In this document: positions 20,273 through 31,311 of the stretch, one piece after another | Numbering within the stretch: the first letter of the stretch is position 1 | Layout of the letters: every line of letters starts with the position of its first letter | Assembly: GCA_964597675.1 (NCBI GenBank) | Contig: CAZQYV010000001.1 | Location: 81,644-145,643 of the forward strand | Direction: 5' to 3' | DNA: 64,000 bases | Origin: an uncultured Candidatus Saccharibacteria bacterium | GTDB lineage: Bacteria > Patescibacteriota > Minisyncoccia > Phycocordibacterales > DATDWN01 | Position numbers and translations under genes: made by a program | Notes under the pieces: model-generated | Told to the model about the DNA's origin: nothing | Database searches by the model: none | What the model saw: the letters and a program-made list of their open reading frames with translations, nothing else

Positions 20273-22414
20273 ATGAATCGAGATTATCCACTAGAGCATG
20301 TAAGAAACTTTGGTATTATTGCCCACATAGACGCAGGTAAGACAACGACATCTGAAAGAGTGTTGTTTTATACAGGTATGACTCACAAAATCGGTGAGGT
20401 ACATGAGGGCGAGACTGTAACTGACTGGATGGAACAGGAGCGAGAGCGAGGTATCACTATTACCGCAGCCGCAATTACATGTTTCTGGCACAAGACAGAT
20501 ACTGAAAAGAAACCAGAGACTATGTTTCGATTCAATATTATTGATACTCCTGGACACATTGACTTTACCGCAGAGGTAAAGCGATCACTTCGTGTGCTTG
20601 ACGGTGCGGTAGTGGTTTTCGACGGTGTGGCTGGTGTGGAGCCTCAGTCAGAAACAAACTGGCGATACGCCGATGATGGCAATGTCCCACGAATTTGTTT
20701 CATCAACAAACTCGATCGTATGGGAGCATCATTTGAGCGATCATACGCATCTATTCTAGATAGACTAAATAAAAATGCTGTTCGTCTCCAGATTCCTATT
20801 GGACTTGAAGAACATTTTGCTGGTGTTATTGATCTCCTTAAAATGAAGGCATTTTACTTTGAAGGCAACATGGGCATGAATATTCGTGAGGAAGAAATTC
20901 CAGCAGAATATCTTGATGAGGCGAACAAATACCGTGCAGAATTGATTGAAAAAATTGTTTCAGAGGATGACGAGGCCATGAGTGCATATCTCGATGGTAA
21001 AGAGCCTTCATATGATGAATTAAAGAAAATACTTCGAAAAGCAACACTTGCTGTAAAACTTATTCCAGTTTTTGCAGGGTCTGCACTCAAAAATAAGGGC
21101 GTACAACTAGTGCTCGATGGTGTGGTGGACTATCTCCCATCTCCACTTGATATTCCTCCTGTTGTTGGTACAGATCCAAAGACAGGGGAGCCAGTTACTC
21201 GACATGCGTCAGATACAGAACCATTTTCGGCCCTTGCTTTCAAACTTCAAAATGACCCCTTTGTTGGGCAACTAACATTCTTCCGTGTCTATTCTGGAAC
21301 AATCGAGGCTGGAACATATGTATACAACTCAACTACAGGAGAAAAAGAGCGACTGGGACGTATTGTGCGCCTTCAGGCGGACAAACGAGAAGAGGTAAAG
21401 AAAGTATTTGCAGGTGAAATTGCAGCGGCCGTAGGACTGAAGTCAGCAAAAACATCACACACACTCTGTGATGAAACAAATTCTATTATTCTCGACCCAA
21501 TTAAATTTGTTGATCCAGTGGTTTCACTTCGTATTGAGCCAAAAACAAAAGCAGATCAGGAAAAAATGGGTATGGCACTTAAAAAGTTATCTGACGAAGA
21601 TCCAACATTTATTATTTCATCAAACTCTGATACAGGGGAGACAATCATTTCTGGTATGGGTGAATTGCATCTCGAGATTATGGTTGATCGTATGAAGCGA
21701 GAGTTTTCTGTGGAAGTTAATGTTGGTAAGCCACAGGTGGCATACCGAGAGACAATTTTGGGTACTGCGGAGGCAGAACACAAATATATCAAGCAAACTG
21801 GTGGTAAGGGTCAGTACGGTCACGTAAAGCTTACTCTAAAACCAATGGAGAAGATTGAGGAGGGTGCAAAAATTCCAAAAAATACACACCGATACGAACA
21901 TTTTGAATTTATTGACTCAATCAAAGGAGGTGTTATTCCACAAGAGTTTATTCCTGCAGTTGAAAAAGGTGTACAAGAGGCAATGGAGCGCGGTATTGTT
22001 GCAGGGTTCAAGATGGTTAATGTCTCATGTGAATTGACATTCGGTTCATACCATGATGTGGACTCATCTGAAATTGCATACAAAATCGCCGCTTCACAGG
22101 CCTTTCAAGATGCTGCAAAGCGTGCACGAGCAGTTATTCTCGAGCCGATTATGAAAGTAGAGGCAATTATGCCCGAGCAATTCATGGGAGACGTCACCGG
22201 CTCACTTTCAGGTAAACGAGGACAAATTGAAGGTATGGACGAGCGGGGAATGCTCCGAGTGATCCACGCCAAAGTACCGCTAGCAGAAATGTTTGGATAC
22301 ACAACAGATATTCGATCTATGACTCAAGGACGCGGATCAGCAATGATGGAATTTGACCACTATGAGGTAGTTCCTCCAAATGTGGAAAAACAAATCATTG
22401 AAAGTAGAAAATAA
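20273..22414 (+). CDS. fusA: Elongation factor G
   Basis: [31 protein letters not shown]. Confidence 0.99.
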   Translation: MNRDYPLEHVRNFGIIAHIDAGKTTTSERVLFYTGMTHKIGEVHEGETVTDWMEQERERGITITAAAITCFWHKTDTEKKPETMFRFNIIDTPGHIDFTAEVKRSLRVLDGAVVVFDGVAGVEPQSETNWRYADDGNVPRICFINKLDRMGASFERSYASILDRLNKNAVRLQIPIGLEEHFAGVIDLLKMKAFYFEGNMGMNIREEEIPAEYLDEANKYRAELIEKIVSEDDEAMSAYLDGKEPSYDELKKILRKATLAVKLIPVFAGSALKNKGVQLVLDGVVDYLPSPLDIPPVVGTDPKTGEPVTRHASDTEPFSALAFKLQNDPFVGQLTFFRVYSGTIEAGTYVYNSTTGEKERLGRIVRLQADKREEVKKVFAGEIAAAVGLKSAKTSHTLCDETNSIILDPIKFVDPVVSLRIEPKTKADQEKMGMALKKLSDEDPTFIISSNSDTGETIISGMGELHLEIMVDRMKREFSVEVNVGKPQVAYRETILGTAEAEHKYIKQTGGKGQYGHVKLTLKPMEKIEEGAKIPKNTHRYEHFEFIDSIKGGVIPQEFIPAVEKGVQEAMERGIVAGFKMVNVSCELTFGSYHDVDSSEIAYKIAASQAFQDAAKRARAVILEPIMKVEAIMPEQFMGDVTGSLSGKRGQIEGMDERGMLRVIHAKVPLAEMFGYTTDIRSMTQGRGSAMMEFDHYEVVPPNVEKQIIESRK

Positions 22415-22483
22415 TTCACAGAAAATCCCCACAATTGTGGGGGTTTTCTTTGCGTGATAGATGAGATGGTATATAATAAATAC

Positions 22484-25402
22484 ATGAGCAGACTCTCTAA
22501 CATTACGGGTGGATTATACCACCCAAGCGCTGAACCAACCGGTTTGGAAAATTCTCAGAAATCTCCGGTTAATCAAGAAGATTTTGATATTCTAAATAAA
22601 CAAAAGGATCCTTCTCTAGTCAATAGTGATACGAACACAGTATTCACGTTTAAACCACTGACAGAAATTTTGCCGGAGGATGAAAAAAATAATGAGTCTG
22701 GTGATAAAGCAAAAAATTTGCATGTTGTCGTTGACAATACTGTACAAACAGAAAAGGAAACACCAAAAGACTTAGAAGAAAAAACTATTGAAAAACGACC
22801 TCTACCATCTTCGGAGTTATTGTCTTGTTTAGATGAAATTGAGAGTGGAGGAAAAACAATTCGCTCATTGAGACATCAGGCAGAAAAAGGAATACCTATT
22901 AATATCCCTTCTCTTCTTGATGCAATTCGTATTTCAAACACGACGGGTCTTATATCAAAAGGAGAGAGAACTAGAATCGAACGTATATTGATTAGGGAGG
23001 GCATCATAAACCTTAATCAAGAAAAGATCAGCGAGCCAACTAAAATTTTTCATACTGGTCAAAAAGTTCGTCTTGCCCTTAGTGAGGGATCAATTCATGC
23101 AGGCCCCGTTTATACTATACGGAAAGTAGTTGGGGATGCTGCTTTTTTAGAAGGACGTACACAGCCAGTTCCAATCGAAAGCCTAAAAGAGACTGATGAG
23201 TTGGCGGAAGATATAAAAGACCTTGAATCAGAAAAAAGACAATTTCTCTTTGGAAATAAAGATGCAACGAAAAAGGATATTGAGTGGTACGATACCGAAA
23301 TAAATAAAAAAAGGAATCAATTGCAGGAAAGGGATCACCCTGGTATCTCGGCTACCACCGAAACTCCTACTAGCAGTATGGACACGGCAGATGTTCAACC
23401 AGTAGTCGATTTAGCGAGTACTATGTATGGTCCTCGTGCGACAGATGAGGAATTAAATGAGTCAATTGAGATTTCAGTTGAGAACTCGCTTCGAGAGGCA
23501 CGTTCGGCGTATGCAACATTATTGACTGAGCACAAAAATAAGATACGAGAGAGCAAATCACGATTCCAGAAAATTATGGATGATCTTGGTGTTGATATCT
23601 CTCGAAAAATGCCAGATATTCCAATGTCTGCTGAATTACTGAATGCGGAAGAGGAATATATATTAGCTAAGAAAAACAGAAACTTTGCATTGTTTGGTAA
23701 AGGAGAGGTAAAAACAAGAAAAAATCTAGATGGAAATGAGGAAAGTTTCATTTTTAATCCAGAGATTATTAATGCATCAGAACGAGAATATGATATTTTG
23801 AAAAAACAGATTATTGATTCATTACCTCAAAAAGAAAAAAATCTTGCTCAGAGAGCTTTGAAAAAATGGACAAATCTTCCTTTACCGGTTCGCGTCGGTA
23901 TTACATCAACTCTTTTTGGTGTTGGTCTTGGGGTTGGTGCCGGTATGGGTGCTTTTGGTGTTGCTGCATATTCAGGGTATCGTGCGATAAAAGCCGTTGC
24001 TGGCGCAGAGGTTTCTACTGGTGTTGGTTTTACACTCGGAAAGTATTATGACAAAGTAAATAAAAAAACACACGAAGGTGTGTTGGGTGAATATGGTACA
24101 GCAATCGATGGGGGTAACTTTGAAGAAAAAGAACGTCAATTAATGCGATCATTTGAAAAAGAGGAAGAGACAAAAAAGAAGCAAGCACTTAAAATAGGTG
24201 CCGCTATGGCCGTGTCCGGTGGAGTTTCCACAGCATTGCTTGGTGGTGTGTTTAAGCCATCAGCATCCAGTGTAGTAGAGTCAGGCAGTCCAAAGGTCAG
24301 TGGCGCCATTGATAATTCAAAAGGTGCTGTCAGAGGTGTTGACGGTATTCCAAAACCCAATATTCCAACAGAAGCACCATCTTTATCAAAAATAGCAGAA
24401 GTGAAAATAAAGCCAGCTGGGGTTGAATTGTCATCCCGAGGATTTATACAAACATTTGATGATTTAAAAAAGAAACTTATTGAAGAGTATGGTGGAGCAG
24501 ATAAAGTACCAGAAAAAATAAAAGTAAATATTTTGAATAAACCATCTACTGAACTCGCACAAAAATTTGGTTTTTATGATGCCCAAAAGGGTTTGTCAGG
24601 TATGGGTTTGAAAGGTGAACATCTTTCTATTGATTCCAGTGGTGATTTGGTATATGAACATTTAGACAAGTCAAAAGATGTTATGCTCGAGGGTCATACC
24701 GGCAATATTCATACGTTTGATGGAACCATGGCTCACACAGGTCCTGCAGTTGATACTATCTCAACTCCAAAACCATTTGTTGCGCCAGATTCACTTTCTC
24801 GTCCACATGTTGATGTACCACAGGTTGCAGAAGGCGATTTTACATCAATTATAGATACACAACCAGATATGCCACATTTGACACCAGATATCATGGGACA
24901 ACAGATTGGCCAAACTGTTGAATACGCAAATATGAAATTCAATATCGCTAATATTGCAGATCAAGGTAAGGTCCTGCTGACCCCAGAGGGGACACAGATC
25001 GGGCACGAGGGAATGGTTGGGGGAATGAAGCGCTGGATACTTGAACCAAAATTTCAGGATGGAGATAATTTTAAGGGTATTCGTCAGGCATTTAATACTA
25101 TTACACATGGTCAGATTGAAGCAGTGGACATAAAAGGGGTGACATCCAAGGTTATTGATTTCGAAAAAGGGTCACAGATAGAAATAGTAAAAGGCCTAAA
25201 GGTAGATAATCCAAATGCATTGACTATTTTACTGAATGGTAAGGAAGTTGCAGAAGGCACAGTGACAGCAAATGGTCCAAGCCTTCATTTACTCAAAGAC
25301 ATACCAAAAACAGGTCCGTTTTTTGCTGATAATGTCTATGAACGGGCTTTTAAATCAAAAGAACTTAAAAAGGTCCTCAATGAGTTTGTTATTACTACAT
25401 AA
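22484..25402 (+). CDS. Large hypothetical protein with coiled coils and central Gly/Ala-rich hydrophobic helices
   Basis: About 970-aa ORF; TATAAT just upstream of ATG 22484; no recognised family. Confidence 0.8.
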   Translation: MSRLSNITGGLYHPSAEPTGLENSQKSPVNQEDFDILNKQKDPSLVNSDTNTVFTFKPLTEILPEDEKNNESGDKAKNLHVVVDNTVQTEKETPKDLEEKTIEKRPLPSSELLSCLDEIESGGKTIRSLRHQAEKGIPINIPSLLDAIRISNTTGLISKGERTRIERILIREGIINLNQEKISEPTKIFHTGQKVRLALSEGSIHAGPVYTIRKVVGDAAFLEGRTQPVPIESLKETDELAEDIKDLESEKRQFLFGNKDATKKDIEWYDTEINKKRNQLQERDHPGISATTETPTSSMDTADVQPVVDLASTMYGPRATDEELNESIEISVENSLREARSAYATLLTEHKNKIRESKSRFQKIMDDLGVDISRKMPDIPMSAELLNAEEEYILAKKNRNFALFGKGEVKTRKNLDGNEESFIFNPEIINASEREYDILKKQIIDSLPQKEKNLAQRALKKWTNLPLPVRVGITSTLFGVGLGVGAGMGAFGVAAYSGYRAIKAVAGAEVSTGVGFTLGKYYDKVNKKTHEGVLGEYGTAIDGGNFEEKERQLMRSFEKEEETKKKQALKIGAAMAVSGGVSTALLGGVFKPSASSVVESGSPKVSGAIDNSKGAVRGVDGIPKPNIPTEAPSLSKIAEVKIKPAGVELSSRGFIQTFDDLKKKLIEEYGGADKVPEKIKVNILNKPSTELAQKFGFYDAQKGLSGMGLKGEHLSIDSSGDLVYEHLDKSKDVMLEGHTGNIHTFDGTMAHTGPAVDTISTPKPFVAPDSLSRPHVDVPQVAEGDFTSIIDTQPDMPHLTPDIMGQQIGQTVEYANMKFNIANIADQGKVLLTPEGTQIGHEGMVGGMKRWILEPKFQDGDNFKGIRQAFNTITHGQIEAVDIKGVTSKVIDFEKGSQIEIVKGLKVDNPNALTILLNGKEVAEGTVTANGPSLHLLKDIPKTGPFFADNVYERAFKSKELKKVLNEFVITT

Positions 25403-25411
25403 TATTATTAT

Positions 25412-25711
25412 ATGAACATCGTACCAAAAGAAATACTCGAGGAGTGGGGACTGTCCTCCCTTGACGAGCAAAAACAGATCGAGATTATCGATCGGATCGG
25501 GCGGATGCTGTATCAAGCCATTTTGGTGCGCTCTCTCGACATCCTATCTGATAAAGAACAGACCGAATTTGACCTCCTGCTCGATGAAGATGGTACAACT
25601 CCCGAACATGTCTTGGCTTTTCTCAACAGTAAAATACCCACATTTGAGCAACTGGTTATTGAAGAACGTCACAAATTAAGGGATGACCTTTTAATCCCTG
25701 CTCACGCTTGA
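25412..25711 (+). CDS. Small acidic helical protein (DUF5663-like, tentative)
   Basis: Follows previous gene by 9 nt; ILEEWGLSSL..EKQ.EII..IG..LYQAILVR...IPTFEQLV.EE. Confidence 0.65.
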   Translation: MNIVPKEILEEWGLSSLDEQKQIEIIDRIGRMLYQAILVRSLDILSDKEQTEFDLLLDEDGTTPEHVLAFLNSKIPTFEQLVIEERHKLRDDLLIPAHA

Positions 25712-25875
25712 CTATTCTCTTGTTTTTGTCTAGTATGATGAATATCGTATATTTTTGCGATTGGCTTTCTTTTGCTAATTGCTAGGGCACAGTTGCGTTT
25801 CTCGAGGATTGTGCTTTTGCAGTTAGTCTGAAGGCGCGGAGATTAATTATTAAGTCATCTAATTACTATAAACAT

Positions 25876-27075
25876 ATGGCAGCAGATTTTGATCGATCAA
25901 AGCCACACGTTAACGTTGGAACAATTGGCCACGTTGACCACGGCAAGACAACTTTAACAGCAGCAATTTTGAATGTACTTGGCCGAGCAGGCGAAGGATA
26001 TTCTTCAAAGGTAAAGGGTGTTGACCAAATTGACTCAGCTCCTGAAGAAAAGGCACGAGGAATTACTATCGCCCTTTCTCACAACGAGTATGCCACACCA
26101 TCTCGTCACTATGCACACGTGGACGCACCAGGTCACGCTGACTACATCAAAAACATGATTACAGGTGCTGCCCAAATGGACGGTGCTATTCTCGTGGTAG
26201 CAGCTACAGACGGCGTTATGCCACAAACTCGAGAGCACGTTCTTCTTGCAAAGCAAGTGGGTGTGCCAAAGATGATCGTATTTTTGAACAAATGCGACAT
26301 GGTACCAGATCTTGAATTGATTGATTTGGTTGAAGAGGAGGTACGTGAGCTTCTTACAAAACAAGGTTTTGATGGTGCAGGTGCACCAGTTATCCGTGGA
26401 TCAGCCCTAAAGGCACTTGAATCAGCAGATAACAACGACGAATGGGCAAAGAAAGTTTTGGATCTTGCAAATGCACTCGATACATATTTCCCAGTTCCAG
26501 AGCGAGATTTGGACAAGCCATTCCTTATGCCAGTTGAAGACATTTTCTCTATTGAAGGCCGAGGTACAGTGGTTACTGGTCGTATCGAACGAGGTATTGT
26601 CAAAGTTGGTGAAGAAATCGAGTGTATTGGTTTGAAAGACACTATGAAATACACTGTGACTGGTATTGAAATGTTCAACAAGTCACTTTCAGAAGGTCAG
26701 GCCGGAGACAACGCGGGTATTTTGCTCCGCGGTGCCAAGAAAGAAGATATTCACCGAGGTCAGGTCTTGGCAAAGCCAAAGACAGTGACTCCACATACAG
26801 AATTTACAGCTGAAGTTTACATCTTGAAGAAAGAAGAGGGTGGACGACATACTCCATTCTTCTCTGGATACAAGCCACAATTTTACATCCGAACAACAGA
26901 CGTAACAGGAGATGTGACATTGAATGAAGGTGTCGAGATGGTTATGCCAGGAGACACAGTTACATTCAAGGTCAAGCTTGTTGCTCCAGTTGCGCTCGAG
27001 GAAAACCAGCGATTTGCTATTCGAGAGGGTGGCAAGACAGTGGGTGCGGGAGTTGTAACCAAAATCGTCGCATAA
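25876..27075 (+). CDS. tuf: Elongation factor Tu
   Basis: [26 protein letters not shown]. Confidence 0.99.
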   Translation: MAADFDRSKPHVNVGTIGHVDHGKTTLTAAILNVLGRAGEGYSSKVKGVDQIDSAPEEKARGITIALSHNEYATPSRHYAHVDAPGHADYIKNMITGAAQMDGAILVVAATDGVMPQTREHVLLAKQVGVPKMIVFLNKCDMVPDLELIDLVEEEVRELLTKQGFDGAGAPVIRGSALKALESADNNDEWAKKVLDLANALDTYFPVPERDLDKPFLMPVEDIFSIEGRGTVVTGRIERGIVKVGEEIECIGLKDTMKYTVTGIEMFNKSLSEGQAGDNAGILLRGAKKEDIHRGQVLAKPKTVTPHTEFTAEVYILKKEEGGRHTPFFSGYKPQFYIRTTDVTGDVTLNEGVEMVMPGDTVTFKVKLVAPVALEENQRFAIREGGKTVGAGVVTKIVA

Positions 27076-27199
27076 TAAACTTCCAAATTTGGCGATCTCC
27101 TCGTCTCGAGTTTAAAAATGTTCGGCATCGTATGTACAATACGACTTCTCACATTTCCAAACTCTCGACATCAGATATCATCCAAATTATGAAAGTTTA
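27076..27199. repeat. Long imperfect palindrome between tuf and rpsJ
   Basis: TAAACTT/AAGTTTA, AATTTGG/CCAAATT, GAGTTT/AAACTC, AAATGT/ACATTT, TCGTAT/ATACGA. Confidence 0.7.
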
Positions 27200-27211
27200 A
27201 TACAAAATACA

Positions 27212-27592
27212 ATGACAACAAAAGAAGCCACAAAAAAGGTTGTAACGAAAAAAGTCGCATCAAAGACGGCCGGAAAGTCCGACGTGATTTCTAAGTTGCG
27301 CATTCGTGTTCGGGCATACGAGTACAAGATCCTTGATCTGTCTGTAAAGCAGATCATTGATACTGCGCTCCGTTATGACGCTAAAATTGAAGGTCCTATA
27401 CCTCTACCAACAGAAATAAAGAAATATACTGTCAACCGATCATCATTTGTTTACAAAAATGCTCGAGAACAGTTCGAGATGCGTACTCACAAGCGAGTGA
27501 TTGATATATTGAATCCAAGTCCAAAAATCATGGAGGCACTGACGAATATGTCGTTACCTTCAGGAGTCAATATTGACGTGAAGATTATATAG
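27212..27592 (+). CDS. rpsJ: 30S ribosomal protein S10
   Basis: LRIRVRAY, GPIPLPT, REQFEMRTHKR. Confidence 0.98.
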   Translation: MTTKEATKKVVTKKVASKTAGKSDVISKLRIRVRAYEYKILDLSVKQIIDTALRYDAKIEGPIPLPTEIKKYTVNRSSFVYKNAREQFEMRTHKRVIDILNPSPKIMEALTNMSLPSGVNIDVKII

Positions 27593-27686
27593 CGATACGA
27601 AGTAACGAATGGGTTACGAATTGCTACGAATAAACAAAAAACCGCCCTGAGCTTGTCGAAGGGGCGGTTTTTTGTGGAGACATTAG

Positions 27687-27938
27687 TTACTCTGTTGTCT
27701 CTCGTAATCTACTATCAACATCATCTATCATTCTTTGAATCATTTGTTGTTCTCTTTGTACATCGGCTATTTCTCTTTTACCTTGCTCAGCAATGTCCAA
27801 GTCTGCACCGTACCTGGTTCTTATCGAATTCTCTTTGTTTATTAAAGCTTGAAGTTGATTTTCATACTTTGATCTTTCATCAAAAAGAACACTTCTTTCT
27901 GGTGTTTCAAAACTCATGTTTCCTGATTCCATTCCCAT
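27687..27938 (-). CDS. Hypothetical coiled-coil protein
   Basis: 83-aa ORF converging on the bidirectional hairpin at about 27637-27672. Confidence 0.55.
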   Translation of the reverse strand: MGMESGNMSFETPERSVLFDERSKYENQLQALINKENSIRTRYGADLDIAEQGKREIADVQREQQMIQRMIDDVDSRLRETTE

Positions 27939-28004
27939 ATTTTTAAATTAGTTACTAATACTCATAATTATAGTGGGTGAGGGGAGGCAGGTCAATTATT
28001 CTTG

Positions 28005-28033
28005 TACTGTTAGACACCGAGTGTCTAACAGTA
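28005..28033. repeat. Perfect 13-bp inverted repeat (REP-like)
   Basis: TACTGTTAGACAC-CGA-GTGTCTAACAGTA. Confidence 0.8.
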
Positions 28034-28057
28034 TGGACACTCTATTAGAATATCAAA

Positions 28058-28511
28058 AATTCTTATCCCTCGCTTTGCTCGGGATCTGCAAATTCTCATG
28101 CTTCGGACTACCTCAGCATCCGGAATTTTCATAGTCGGCGCCTTTGGCGCCTCGTTGAAAATTCGGACTTGACAAATGGGTGGGGGATAGATTATACTGG
28201 TACCAGTGGATGGGTAGAGGGGTCTGGAGGTAAGGTGTTGGCTCAGCCACCCTCCTCCAGACCGCCTGGTCCTCTCACTGTTCTTTCGTTTCTTGTCTGA
28301 TACTTTTGTATCAGATACCAGTCGCAGTCTCTCTTCGGAGGGGCTGTTGTTTTTTTTGTAATTTTTTCTTATCCCTCACTACGTTCGGATATTTGAAATT
28401 CTTATACTTCGGATTACCTCATCATCCGGAAATTCTTATCCATCGCTTCGCTCAGGATCCGGAATTTTCATAGTCGGCACCTTTGGCTCCTCGTTGAAAA
28501 TTCGGACTTGA
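28058..28511 (+). repeat. Two direct composite repeats (28058-28172, 28366-28511) built of about 32-nt hairpin subunits
   Basis: Both end ATCCGGAATTTTCATAGTCGGC.CCTTTGGC.CCTCGTTGAAAATTCGGACTTGA; subunits start AATTYTYAT. Confidence 0.85.
28205..28358 (+). ncRNA. Candidate small structured RNA
   Basis: TTGACA(28169)-18-TATACT upstream; helices GGTCTGGAGG/CCTCCAGACC and TCTGATAC/GTATCAGA; TTCG-loop terminator with T-tract. Confidence 0.5.
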
Positions 28512-28605
28512 AATAAAAAAGGATATCTGCTAGTATAGCCACATTGCGTATTAGAGGCCTTCCCGCCTCTTTGTCGTTCAAAACATTTATATACAATTTC
28601 GTATT

Positions 28606-29220
28606 ATGAAATACCTTCTCGGAACAAAACAAAATATGACCCAAATCTTTGATGATGCGGGTGTCGTACATCCAGTGACTGTCATCAAGACAAGTCCTTT
28701 GGTTGTGACACAGGTCAAAAATGTTGAAAAGGACGGCTATACTGCAGTTCAAGTCGGATACGGTACTCGCCGAGCAAAAAACATAAACAAACCAGAAACT
28801 GGTCAAATGAAAGGTGGTTCATATGCACATCTCAAAGAGTTTCGAGTTGAAGGTGCTCCTACATTTGCTATCGGAGACACCATTGATCTTTCTACATTTT
28901 CTGCAGGGGACACAGTTACCGTTTCATCTATTTCAAAAGGAAAGGGCTTTCAAGGTGTGGTCAAGCGACATGGATTCCACGGTGGCCCCCGATCACACGG
29001 ACAAAAGCATTCAGAACGAGAGCCAGGTTCTATTGGAGGTGCAGGCCGTGATGGAGGACGTGTTGCCAAGGGCAAGCGTATGGCAGGCCGTATGGGAAGT
29101 GACCGCATCACTACAAAAAACCTTACTATTGTTGCAATTAACCCAGAGAACCAAGAAATATTTATTCGAGGAGCAATTGCAGGCCGACGAGGAACGTTAG
29201 TCGAGATCAATGCCGAGTAA
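28606..29220 (+). CDS. rplC: 50S ribosomal protein L3
   Basis: DGYTAVQ, SKGKGFQGVVKRH, REPGSIG. Confidence 0.98.
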   Translation: MKYLLGTKQNMTQIFDDAGVVHPVTVIKTSPLVVTQVKNVEKDGYTAVQVGYGTRRAKNINKPETGQMKGGSYAHLKEFRVEGAPTFAIGDTIDLSTFSAGDTVTVSSISKGKGFQGVVKRHGFHGGPRSHGQKHSEREPGSIGGAGRDGGRVAKGKRMAGRMGSDRITTKNLTIVAINPENQEIFIRGAIAGRRGTLVEINAE

Positions 29221-29221
29221 A

Positions 29222-29317
29222 AATTGAAAAATCAAAATGGAAAATTACAAGACAAAGTCAGAAAATATTAATTAAAATTTTTACTTTTGATTTTTCAATT
29301 TTACATTTAATACCATG
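29222..29317. repeat. AT-rich dispersed repeat (copies at about 35284-35380 and 44606-44678)
   Basis: AAAAATCAAAA.GGAAAATTA ... TTTTTACTTTTGATTTTTCA shared by three spacers. Confidence 0.8.
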
Positions 29318-30076
29318 GAAACAACAACAGCAAAAAAGAATACAAAAGCAGTCAAGGAGCCAAAAGTAAAAGAGGCCATCTCTTTGGATGCAGTTGTTTA
29401 TTCTGACAAAGGCAAGGAGTCTGGTACGATTGCTCTTCCTTCTCACATATTTGGTCTTCCATGGAATGGTGACTTGGTACACCAAGTCGTAACATCAATG
29501 ATGTCTACGGCTCGTACACCTGTTGCCCATACCAAAAATCGCGGAGAAGTTTCTGGTGGTGGTAAAAAGCCATGGCAACAAAAGGGAACTGGTCGTGCAC
29601 GACACGGATCAAATCGATCACCGATCTGGGTTGGTGGAGGTGTTACTCATGGTCCACGAAATGACAAAAATTTTGACCGAAAGGTAAACAAGAAAATGAA
29701 GGCCAAGGCACTTTACACTATTTTGTCTGCAAAATATAAAAAAGGCCAAATTCTCTTTGTTGATGACATGAATCTTGCAAACGCAAAGACAAAAGAGGCA
29801 AAAGTAACACTTTCAGCATTTTCAAAAATTACAGGGTACACAGATATACTTTCAAAAAAGAAAAATTCTGCTTACATTGCGCTCCCTACAAAAAATGTTG
29901 CTGTAGAGCGTGGATTTAGTAACTTCGGTAATCTCGAGGTAGATGAAATTCGAAATATGAATCCACTCGATATTATGCAGTATAAATATTTGGTTATTGC
30001 AAATCCAAAAGTTGGACTATCTCAGGTTGATGCAAAATTGGGTGCAAAAAAAGTAGCCACAACATCTAAAAAATAA
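29315..30076 (+). CDS. rplD: 50S ribosomal protein L4
   Basis: KKPWQQKGTGRARHGS.RSPIWVGGG. Confidence 0.98.
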   Translation: METTTAKKNTKAVKEPKVKEAISLDAVVYSDKGKESGTIALPSHIFGLPWNGDLVHQVVTSMMSTARTPVAHTKNRGEVSGGGKKPWQQKGTGRARHGSNRSPIWVGGGVTHGPRNDKNFDRKVNKKMKAKALYTILSAKYKKGQILFVDDMNLANAKTKEAKVTLSAFSKITGYTDILSKKKNSAYIALPTKNVAVERGFSNFGNLEVDEIRNMNPLDIMQYKYLVIANPKVGLSQVDAKLGAKKVATTSKK

Positions 30077-30084
30077 TTTCTATC

Positions 30085-30366
30085 ATGAAAAAAGATTTAT
30101 CATATATCCTCATACGTCCTCGCATTACTGAAAAGGCAACAGTGGTCTCTGAATCATCAGTATATGTCTTTGACGTAGATGCACAGGCAACAAAAACGCT
30201 AGTTGGAAAAGCATTCGAGGCAAAGTATAAAGTGAAGCCAATCAAAATCTCAACAGTTACTATTCCTGCAAAGCAGGTTGTCACTCGGGGTAAGCGAGGC
30301 ACAAAGTCTGGCTACAAAAAAGCATATATATACGTCAAAAAAGGTGAAAAGGTAGAAATAATGTAA
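30085..30366 (+). CDS. rplW: 50S ribosomal protein L23
   Basis: PRITEKA, YKKAYI; operon position. Confidence 0.96.
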   Translation: MKKDLSYILIRPRITEKATVVSESSVYVFDVDAQATKTLVGKAFEAKYKVKPIKISTVTIPAKQVVTRGKRGTKSGYKKAYIYVKKGEKVEIM

Positions 30367-30370
30367 ACAT

Positions 30371-31213
30371 ATGAAACGATATAATCCTACAAGTCCATCA
30401 CGTCGACAATTGTCATCTATTGAATATGGCAAAATTTTGACTGCATCAGAACCAGAGAAATCTTTGACAAAAGGTTTCAAACGAGCAGTTGGCCGAAATC
30501 ATCATGGAAAAGTTACCACACGACACAAAGGTGGTGGTCACAAGCGACTCTACCGAGAAATAGATTTTACATACAATAAGATTGACGTACCATACACAAT
30601 CGCAACAGTCGAGTACGATCCAAACCGATCTGGTTTCATTGGTCTTGCTCAATACAAAGATGGTGAAAAGCGATACGTTCTTTTACCACAATCAGTCAAA
30701 GTAGGGGATATTTGTGTTACATCAGAAAATGCAGAGATTAAAACTGGTAACCGACTACCTCTCAAAAATATTACTGTTGGTACGTTTGTATACAATGTAG
30801 AAATAAAGCCCCAAGGTGGTGCAAAGATCGCTCGATCTGCAGGGAACTTTGTCGAGGTTATTGCAAAGGATGCTGGATATGTTGATCTAAAAATGCCTTC
30901 ATCAGAAGTACGAAAGGTAAAGGAAACAGCATGGGCATCTATTGGTGAGGTATCAAATGAGGAAAATCGTTTGGTCAATCTCGGCAAGGCAGGACGCTCA
31001 CGATGGCTAGGTATCCGACCAACAGTCCGAGGTACAGCACAGAACCCAGTTGACCACCCACACGGAGGAGGTGAAGGACGACAGGGACGAGGACGCCGAC
31101 GAGCAATTTCAGTCTACGGCAAGCCAACAGGAAAGGGTCAGAAGACACGAACTCCAAAGAAATACTCAAACAAATTCATCGTTTCTCGCCGAAAGGTTGG
31201 AAAGAGAAAGTAA
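30371..31213 (+). CDS. rplB: 50S ribosomal protein L2
   Basis: EYDPNRS, NPVDHPHGGGEG. Confidence 0.99.
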   Translation: MKRYNPTSPSRRQLSSIEYGKILTASEPEKSLTKGFKRAVGRNHHGKVTTRHKGGGHKRLYREIDFTYNKIDVPYTIATVEYDPNRSGFIGLAQYKDGEKRYVLLPQSVKVGDICVTSENAEIKTGNRLPLKNITVGTFVYNVEIKPQGGAKIARSAGNFVEVIAKDAGYVDLKMPSSEVRKVKETAWASIGEVSNEENRLVNLGKAGRSRWLGIRPTVRGTAQNPVDHPHGGGEGRQGRGRRRAISVYGKPTGKGQKTRTPKKYSNKFIVSRRKVGKRK

Positions 31214-31276
31214 AATCAAAAAAACCGCTCTACAAGGCGGTTTTTTGGTGTTCGTATAATATATTATGGCATGTAC

Positions 31277-31305
31277 TTGACAAATAATCAATAATAGTAT
31301 ATACT
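31277..31305 (+). promoter_or_regulatory. Sigma70-type promoter
   Basis: TTGACA-17-TATACT. Confidence 0.75.
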
Positions 31306-31311
31306 TATATA

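Noticed and set aside
28058-28511. CRISPR array
   Set aside because: Units are degenerate, the intervening parts are themselves repeated hairpins rather than unique spacers, and no cas genes are present
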